A DNA stretch of 32,000 nucleotides from NCBI RefSeq assembly GCF_003945235.1, contig NZ_RSDW01000001.1, forward strand, positions 4,320,001-4,352,000, read 5' to 3'. The DNA is from Edaphobacter aggregans (GTDB lineage Bacteria; Acidobacteriota; Terriglobia; Terriglobales; Acidobacteriaceae). Each line of letters starts with the position of its first letter. The stretch's first letter is position 1. Below are positions 23,374 to 32,000 of this stretch, piece after piece. The position numbers and the translations under genes were made by a program. The notes beneath the pieces were generated by a model. It saw only the letters and a program-made list of their open reading frames with translations. It was not told the origin of the DNA and did no database searches.

Positions 23374-23844
23374 ATGCCTAGAAAAGGTTACATAGCGAAG
23401 CGTGAGGTTGCAGCCGATCCGGTCTACAACTCGACCCTGGTAACGAAGTTCGTCAACTCGATGATGTGGGGCGGCAAGAAGTCGACCGCGCAGGGTATCT
23501 TCTACACGGCGATGACGAACCTCGAGCAGAAGGGTGGCGACGAAGCCCTGAAGCTTTTCAAGAAGGCTGTTGAAAACTGCAAGCCTCTTCTCGAAGTGAA
23601 GAGCCGCCGCGTTGGCGGAGCGAACTATCAGGTGCCGATCGAAGTGAATCCTGAGCGTCGCACTTCGCTGGCGATTCGCTGGCTCGTAACGTACGGACGC
23701 GCGCGTGGCGAGAAGGGCATGGTTGAGAAGCTGACCGCTGAGTTGCTCGATGCCGCCAATGGCCGTGGCGCAGCGATGAAGAAGAAGGAAGACGTTCACC
23801 GTATGGCTGAGGCGAACAAGGCCTTTGCTCACTACCGCTGGTAG
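23374..23844 (+). CDS. rpsG: 30S ribosomal protein S7
   Basis: 156 aa: [29 protein letters not shown]... and ...[11 protein letters not shown], the canonical S7 ends. Confidence 0.95.
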   Translation: MPRKGYIAKREVAADPVYNSTLVTKFVNSMMWGGKKSTAQGIFYTAMTNLEQKGGDEALKLFKKAVENCKPLLEVKSRRVGGANYQVPIEVNPERRTSLAIRWLVTYGRARGEKGMVEKLTAELLDAANGRGAAMKKKEDVHRMAEANKAFAHYRW

Positions 23845-23935
23845 TTGGCGGCTGTTCGGAGAGACCTTCTTTCTGGGATTTTAGGTTCAACGTAGTTATT
23901 ACCGCGAGCGGATGCTCGCAGATGAGAGATTGACC

Positions 23936-26029
<2,094 letters not shown>

Positions 26030-26095
26030 GCCGTGCCGCAAGGCGCACAAATTTAGAAGCAGCAATTTTAGAAGTAACGAAATACGGAGAGAGTC

Positions 26096-27283
<1,188 letters not shown>

Positions 27284-27369
27284 CGAAAATCGAGGGTTGC
27301 CGGTACGTGTAGAAGTTCATGGCCGGCAGCCACTCCAAACGATCTTTGAGTAACGGAAAGAGATAAACA

Positions 27370-27687
27370 ATGGCTGGACAGAGAATCAGAATTCGGTTGA
27401 AGGCTTATGACTACCGCGTGCTCGACACGTCCACGGGCGAGATCGTCGAGACGGCCAAGCGTACAGGCGCTCAGGTCGCGGGCCCCATTCCCCTGCCAAC
27501 CATGAAGAACAAGTATTGCGTTCTCCGCTCGCCCCACGTCGACAAGAAGTCGCGCGAGGCGTTCGAGATTCGCACCCACAAGCGGCTGATCGACATTCTT
27601 GAGCCGACGCAGCAGACCGTAGACGCGCTGATGAAGCTTGATCTGCCGGCTGGCGTCGACGTAGAGATCAAGACCGTTCAGAAGTAG
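27370..27687 (+). CDS. rpsJ: 30S ribosomal protein S10
   Basis: 105 aa: [11 protein letters not shown]...LD.S...[10 protein letters not shown]...GPIPLPT...[22 protein letters not shown]. Confidence 0.95.
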   Translation: MAGQRIRIRLKAYDYRVLDTSTGEIVETAKRTGAQVAGPIPLPTMKNKYCVLRSPHVDKKSREAFEIRTHKRLIDILEPTQQTVDALMKLDLPAGVDVEIKTVQK

Positions 27688-27743
27688 TTATCAACCCGGC
27701 AGTGCTGAGCGTGAAGCCAGCATGATGAGGAAAGGAAAAGAAG

Positions 27744-28481
27744 ATGTCAGTATCAGGAATTCTCGGCAAGAAGATTGGCATGACCCAGGTGTTCGATGAG
27801 AAGGGTGATGTTCACCCGGTCACCGTATTGAAGGCTGGTCCGTGCGTGATCACACAGCTCAAGACGCTGGCGAAGGATGGCTATGATGCCGCGCAGATCG
27901 GCTATGTCGATTTCGTGAAGGCTTCCAAAGTGAACAAGGCCATGACCGGTCACTTTGCAAAGTCGAATGTTCCGCCTGTCCGCGTGGTCAAGGAAGTTTC
28001 CGTTGAGACACCCGCGGCTGCAGGTGATGGCGAGCAAGCAGGTGTGAAGGCTGGCGACCGCATTCTGGTTGACATCTTCTCCGATGAGAAGTTTGTTGAT
28101 GTGATTGGAACCTCCAAAGGCCGTGGCTTTGCGGGTGTTATTCGCCGCCATGGTTTTGGCGGCGGTCCCAAGTCGCACGGTCACATGTTCCAGGTGCAGG
28201 GCTCGATCGGTGCTTCGTCGTTCCCCTCGCGCGTTTTCCCCGGCCAGCGTATGCCAGGCCACATGGGACACGAGCAGGTGACGGTTCGCAACCTGCGCAT
28301 TCGCGGTATTGATGTGGACGACAATCTGATCATTGTTGAAGGTGCGGTCCCTGGCCCGCGTGATGGCTATGTGTTGATCTCGAAGGCCAAGGCCCCACCG
28401 AGAGAGCGTCGCGGATTTGCTGGTGCGGCCACGAAGGACGCGTTGAAGGCTTCTAAGAAGGCAGCACCGAAGAAGAAATAA
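27744..28481 (+). CDS. rplC: 50S ribosomal protein L3 (with basic C-terminal tail)
   Basis: GILGKKIGMTQVFDEKG..PVTV, GTSKGRGFAGVIRRHGF.GGP.SHG. It is 245 aa, longer than typical because of the tail KAKAPPRERRGFAGAATKDALKASKKAAPKKK. Confidence 0.95.
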   Translation: MSVSGILGKKIGMTQVFDEKGDVHPVTVLKAGPCVITQLKTLAKDGYDAAQIGYVDFVKASKVNKAMTGHFAKSNVPPVRVVKEVSVETPAAAGDGEQAGVKAGDRILVDIFSDEKFVDVIGTSKGRGFAGVIRRHGFGGGPKSHGHMFQVQGSIGASSFPSRVFPGQRMPGHMGHEQVTVRNLRIRGIDVDDNLIIVEGAVPGPRDGYVLISKAKAPPRERRGFAGAATKDALKASKKAAPKKK

Positions 28482-28569
28482 CTAACCTCCACGGGGTCGA
28501 AGCAAGGCCCCCTGGACAAACAAAGTTTTGGCCTGTCGCATCGATGACAGGCGCGAAGAGAGAAGAACG

Positions 28570-29241
28570 ATGGCAAACATCAATGTAGTCAATCTCGGTG
28601 GGACCAAGGTCGGTGAGTTCGAACTCGCTGACGAAGTCTTCTCCGGCGAGATCAATGACGCGCTGCTTTGGGAGTCGGTGAAGCACTACCGGGCTGCACT
28701 TCGGCAGGGAACGGCTGCGACCAAGAACCGCAAGCTGGTCTCAGGCGCCGGCAAGAAGCTTTGGAAGCAGAAGGGAACTGGTCGGGCTCGTGTTGGTTCG
28801 ATTCGCACTCCTCTCTGGCGTGGCGGCGGTACGGTCCACGGACCTCAGCCCCGCAGCTACGAGTACGCATTCCCGCAGAAGAAGCTCATGGGCGCGCTGC
28901 GTTCGGCGATCGCTGCGAAGATTGCTGACGGCAAGTTCACCGTCGTCGACTCGTTCGAGGTTCCCGAGGCGAAGACCAAGCTCTTCCGCACCGCGCTGAA
29001 CAAGCTCGAAGCAGGCAAGACCACACTGTTGGTCGAGAGCAGCCGCAAGCTGGACGAGAAGCTTTATCTCGGCTCGCGCAATCTCGAGGGTGTTGAGCTC
29101 GTGCTCAGCTCTGAGGTTCACCCCTACGACCTGCTCCGCTACGAGCACGCTGTCTTCTCGAAGGACGCGATCGAAGCGCTGCAGGAGACGCTCAAGAAGT
29201 TCGTATCGAAGCGCAAAGCCGCTCAGAAGGAGGTTGCGTAA
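28570..29241 (+). CDS. rplD: 50S ribosomal protein L4
   Basis: ATG 28570 (MANINVVNLGG...). KQKGTGRARVGSIRTPLWRGGG..HGP is the L4 signature. The ORF-track start at 28528 adds non-homologous residues. Confidence 0.95.
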   Translation: MANINVVNLGGTKVGEFELADEVFSGEINDALLWESVKHYRAALRQGTAATKNRKLVSGAGKKLWKQKGTGRARVGSIRTPLWRGGGTVHGPQPRSYEYAFPQKKLMGALRSAIAAKIADGKFTVVDSFEVPEAKTKLFRTALNKLEAGKTTLLVESSRKLDEKLYLGSRNLEGVELVLSSEVHPYDLLRYEHAVFSKDAIEALQETLKKFVSKRKAAQKEVA

Positions 29242-29534
29242 TGCCAACCCTCTATACCGTCATTCGCCGCCCCCTCATTACTGAGAAGGGTATGGGCGTC
29301 AAAGAGACACAGAACACCCTGGTCTTCGAGGTTGCTGTGAAGGCCACCAAGACCGAGGTCAAGCAAGCTGTCGAAACTCTCTTCAAGGTCAAGGTCTCCG
29401 GTGTTCGCACTGCGACCGTCGAAGGCAAGGAGCGTCGTCGTGGTAAGTTCTCCGGCTACCGCCCCGACTGGAAGAAGGCTTATGTTCGCCTGAAGGAAGG
29501 CGAAAAGATGCCGGAGTATCTCAACAGCCTCTAA
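29241..29534 (+). CDS. rplW: 50S ribosomal protein L23
   Basis: 97 aa: VIRRPLITEKG......N.LVFEV...ATKTEVKQAVE.LF.VKV..V.T. TAATG overlap with rplD. Confidence 0.95.
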   Translation: MPTLYTVIRRPLITEKGMGVKETQNTLVFEVAVKATKTEVKQAVETLFKVKVSGVRTATVEGKERRRGKFSGYRPDWKKAYVRLKEGEKMPEYLNSL

Positions 29535-29620
29535 ATGCGGAGAACAGCCGCAGTAACAGATTTCAGGAACCGAAGCGTCGCTGAGAATTCAGCCGCGCAG
29601 CAGGCAAGGGAATAAAGACG

Positions 29621-30445
29621 ATGCCGATCAAATCATTTCGACCGATTACCCCATCACTCCGCTTCGCGACGAAGCTGGTCAACGACGACCTGACGACGGA
29701 TAAGCCGCACAAGCCGCTTCTCACCGTCAAGCAGCGCACCGGCGGCCGCAACAGCACGGGTGCGCTGACGATGCGTCACCATGGTGGCGGACACAAGCAG
29801 AAGCTGCGTCTCGTAGACTTCAAGCGCGACAAGTTCGGGATCCCGGCGACGGTAACCACCATCGAATATGATCCGAACCGCAGCTCGCGGATCGCGCTGG
29901 TCAGCTACGCTGATGGCGAGAAGCGCTATATCATTCAGCCGATTGGCTTGAAGGTAGGGCAGTCGATCATGAGCGGCCCGGATGCCGACATCCTGGTTGG
30001 CAATGCTCTGCCGCTGAAGAACATTCCGGTAGGTACGATCGTGCACAACATTGAGTTGCGTCCTGGTAAGGGTGCACAGATGGCGCGTTCGGCCGGAGCT
30101 CAGGTCAACCTAGTTGCCAAGGAAGGCGATTACGCTCTTCTGAAGCTGCCTTCCGGTGAGACCCGCAAGGTTCTCATCGAGTGCATGGCGACCATCGGCC
30201 AGGTCGGTAACACGGACCACGAGAATGTCACGATCGGTAAGGCAGGACGCAACCGCTGGAAGGGTATTCGCCCCTCCAACCGTGGTGTCTCGATGAACCC
30301 TGTCGACCACCCGCACGGTGGTGGTGAAGGTAAGACCTCGGGCGGCCGTCACCCCGTAACACCCTGGGGCCAGCCGACTCGCGGATACAAGACCCGCAAC
30401 AACAAGCGGACCGATGTGTTCATCGTCAACCGCCGCAGCAAGTAG
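29621..30445 (+). CDS. rplB: 50S ribosomal protein L2
   Basis: 274 aa: [54 protein letters not shown]. Confidence 0.97.
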   Translation: MPIKSFRPITPSLRFATKLVNDDLTTDKPHKPLLTVKQRTGGRNSTGALTMRHHGGGHKQKLRLVDFKRDKFGIPATVTTIEYDPNRSSRIALVSYADGEKRYIIQPIGLKVGQSIMSGPDADILVGNALPLKNIPVGTIVHNIELRPGKGAQMARSAGAQVNLVAKEGDYALLKLPSGETRKVLIECMATIGQVGNTDHENVTIGKAGRNRWKGIRPSNRGVSMNPVDHPHGGGEGKTSGGRHPVTPWGQPTRGYKTRNNKRTDVFIVNRRSK

Positions 30446-30530
30446 TTTGGTTCTCTCTGGAAACACCAAGTCTCGCAGCTAAGAGATTCGTTGTATACAG
30501 CATCGCAACAAGAAATCGGAGCTCAGCAAA

Positions 30531-30818
30531 ATGGCACGTTCAACTAAAAAAGGTCCCTTCATCGACGATCACCTGATGACCAAGATCAACGTGATGAACC
30601 AGACCAACGACAAGAAGGTCCTTCGCACCTGGTCACGCCGCTCGACTATCCACCCGGACTTCGTCGGCCACACCATTGCGGTCCACAACGGCCGCAAGTT
30701 CATCCCGGTCTACGTGACGGAGAACATGGTGGGTCACAAACTCGGCGAGTTCGCGGCAACCCGGACCTTCAAGGGCCACTCCGCCAAGGCTGCTGAGTCT
30801 TCCGCGAAGCCGAAATAA
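30531..30818 (+). CDS. rpsS: 30S ribosomal protein S19
   Basis: 95 aa: [15 protein letters not shown]......[47 protein letters not shown]. Confidence 0.97.
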   Translation: MARSTKKGPFIDDHLMTKINVMNQTNDKKVLRTWSRRSTIHPDFVGHTIAVHNGRKFIPVYVTENMVGHKLGEFAATRTFKGHSAKAAESSAKPK

Positions 30819-30880
30819 GGCCAAGTACGAGGAAGCTCGATTAATTTTTCGTTTTTTTGCCCTTCAAGGAAGAAGAAGTC

Positions 30881-31408
30881 ATGGCTAAGGTAGCAGCAGA
30901 AAAAATCAAAGAGTTCCGCGCTGAGGCGAAGTTCCAGCGCACCAGCCCGCAGAAGGCGAAGCTCGTCCTCGACCTGATCAAGGGCCTCCGCGTGGAGCAG
31001 GCGATCAATACCGTCCACTTCAGCACGAAGCGCATTGCGCCGGTGGTCGAGAAGGTGTTGCGTTCGGCGATCCAGAACGCCAACTACGTCTCGCAGGAGC
31101 AGGGCTTGGACGTGGACGTCGATAACCTCTACGTCAAGACCGCGGTTGCCAACGAAGGCCCCCGCATGAAGCGGATCCGGCCTGCCCCGATGGGACGCGC
31201 CTTCCGCTACCAGCGCAGGCTCGCACACATCATCGTTACGGTTGCCGAGAAGAAGCCGGCTACGTCGGCAAGGGCAGTCGTTGAAGAGACGCCGGCACCG
31301 GCAGCGAAGAAGACCACGAAGAAGGCAGCTACCAAGACCGCGGCTAAGAAGCCCGCAGTCAAGAGGGCCGCCGCAAAGAAGACAGCAACTAAGAAAGCCG
31401 CGAAGTAA
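30881..31408 (+). CDS. rplV: 50S ribosomal protein L22 with a ~53-aa Ala/Lys-rich C-terminal tail
   Basis: ATG 30881 is preceded by AAGGAAGAAG. The core is ...RTSPQKAKLVLDLIKG..V..A...L.F..K......K.L.SA.ANA...LYV....ANEGP.MKR..PAPMGRA......H I.V.V. The tail is PATSARAVVEETPAPAAKKTTKKAATKTAAKKPAVKRAAAKKTATKKAAK. Confidence 0.93.
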   Translation: MAKVAAEKIKEFRAEAKFQRTSPQKAKLVLDLIKGLRVEQAINTVHFSTKRIAPVVEKVLRSAIQNANYVSQEQGLDVDVDNLYVKTAVANEGPRMKRIRPAPMGRAFRYQRRLAHIIVTVAEKKPATSARAVVEETPAPAAKKTTKKAATKTAAKKPAVKRAAAKKTATKKAAK

Positions 31409-31499
31409 GCACTTTCACGGGTCTGTTTTTAGTAAAATAAAAGTTTTGCATGACCGCCCGCCGGCTCAACCGGCACAGGGCACGGAGTAAAGGGAAGCT

Positions 31500-32000
31500 A
31501 TGGGACAGAAAGTCCATCCGTATGGGTTTCGCCTCGGCATCAACAAGCCGTGGAAGTCGCGTTGGTTTGTCGAGCGCGGCTATGACAAGCTGCTGGTCGA
31601 AGACGTCAAGCTGAAAGCTGAGCTGCGCGAGAAGCTGAAGGCTGCTGGTGTCAGCTCGGTTGAAGTCGAGCGTCCTGGCAACAAGCTGCGCCTGATCATC
31701 CGCACTGCGCGTCCGGGCATCATCATCGGCCGCAAGGGCGCCGAGATCGACAAGCTCAAGGCCGACATTCAGAAGCGCACGAGTCGCGAAGTGTTCATCG
31801 ATATTCTCGAAGTCAACAAGCCCGAGCTTGATGCTCAGCTGGTCGCCGAGAACATCGCACTGCAGCTCGAGAAGCGCGTCAGCTTCCGCCGCGCCATGCG
31901 CAAGTCGGTTGACTCGGCTCTCCGGTTCGGCTGCAAGGGCATCAAAGTTCGCGTCTCCGGCCGTTTGAACGGCAATGAGATCGCGCGCTCGGAGTGGTAC
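31500..32000 (+). CDS. rpsC: 30S ribosomal protein S3 (3'-truncated by window end)
   Basis: This is my own translation from ATG 31500, with AGGGAAG upstream. It reads [23 protein letters not shown]...[17 protein letters not shown]...[10 protein letters not shown]...[14 protein letters not shown], open to position 32000. It is not in the ORF track because no stop lies in the window. Confidence 0.95.
   Translation, partial: MGQKVHPYGFRLGINKPWKSRWFVERGYDKLLVEDVKLKAELREKLKAAGVSSVEVERPGNKLRLIIRTARPGIIIGRKGAEIDKLKADIQKRTSREVFIDILEVNKPELDAQLVAENIALQLEKRVSFRRAMRKSVDSALRFGCKGIKVRVSGRLNGNEIARSEWY

Overview
This is a high-GC (roughly 58-60%) bacterial chromosomal window. Gene and repeat content look most like an Acidobacteriota (Acidobacteriaceae-like) genome, which is an inference. 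It is dominated by housekeeping genes. Left to right these are trmFO, a polytopic membrane protein, der, a DinG/XPD-type helicase, queD-queE, and an ECF sigma/anti-sigma pair with a divergent membrane protein. Then come nusB-ribH, an enoyl-CoA hydratase, a lipoprotein, an SSS-family transporter, a DUF1440-like protein and a translationally coupled NUP-like/PIG-L-like pair. These are followed by an 800-aa Ig-like/beta-propeller lipoprotein and an S9 peptidase. From 22.9 kb the str operon (rpsL-rpsG-fusA-tuf) runs into the S10 operon (rpsJ-rplC-rplD-rplW-rplB-rpsS-rplV-rpsC), which the window end truncates. I found no rRNA, tRNA, CRISPR array, transposase or integrase, and no recognisable defence or secondary-metabolite cluster. 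I do not see a convincing novel multi-gene system. The leads worth a second look are smaller in scale. (1) A pair of back-to-back, sequence-identical ECF-type promoter motifs lies between the sigma gene and a divergent membrane-protein gene. (2) A compositionally foreign, in-frame 138-nt repeat-like insertion sits inside trmFO. (3) Lumazine synthase (ribH) is fused to a ~140-aa N-terminal VOC/glyoxalase-like domain. (4) Two copies of a short dispersed repeat lie in the two large non-coding gaps; one carries a 5 x 18-bp tandem array open in all six frames. (5) Those same gaps coincide with sign switches of strand composition (G/T-ending versus C/A-ending codons), suggesting a rearranged ~7-kb block. 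(6) A 566-nt structured non-coding region lies upstream of rpsL. Gene packing is otherwise very tight, with several ATGA/TAATG start-stop overlaps and two convergent pairs sharing palindromic stop codons. That makes the 720-bp and 566-bp gaps stand out.
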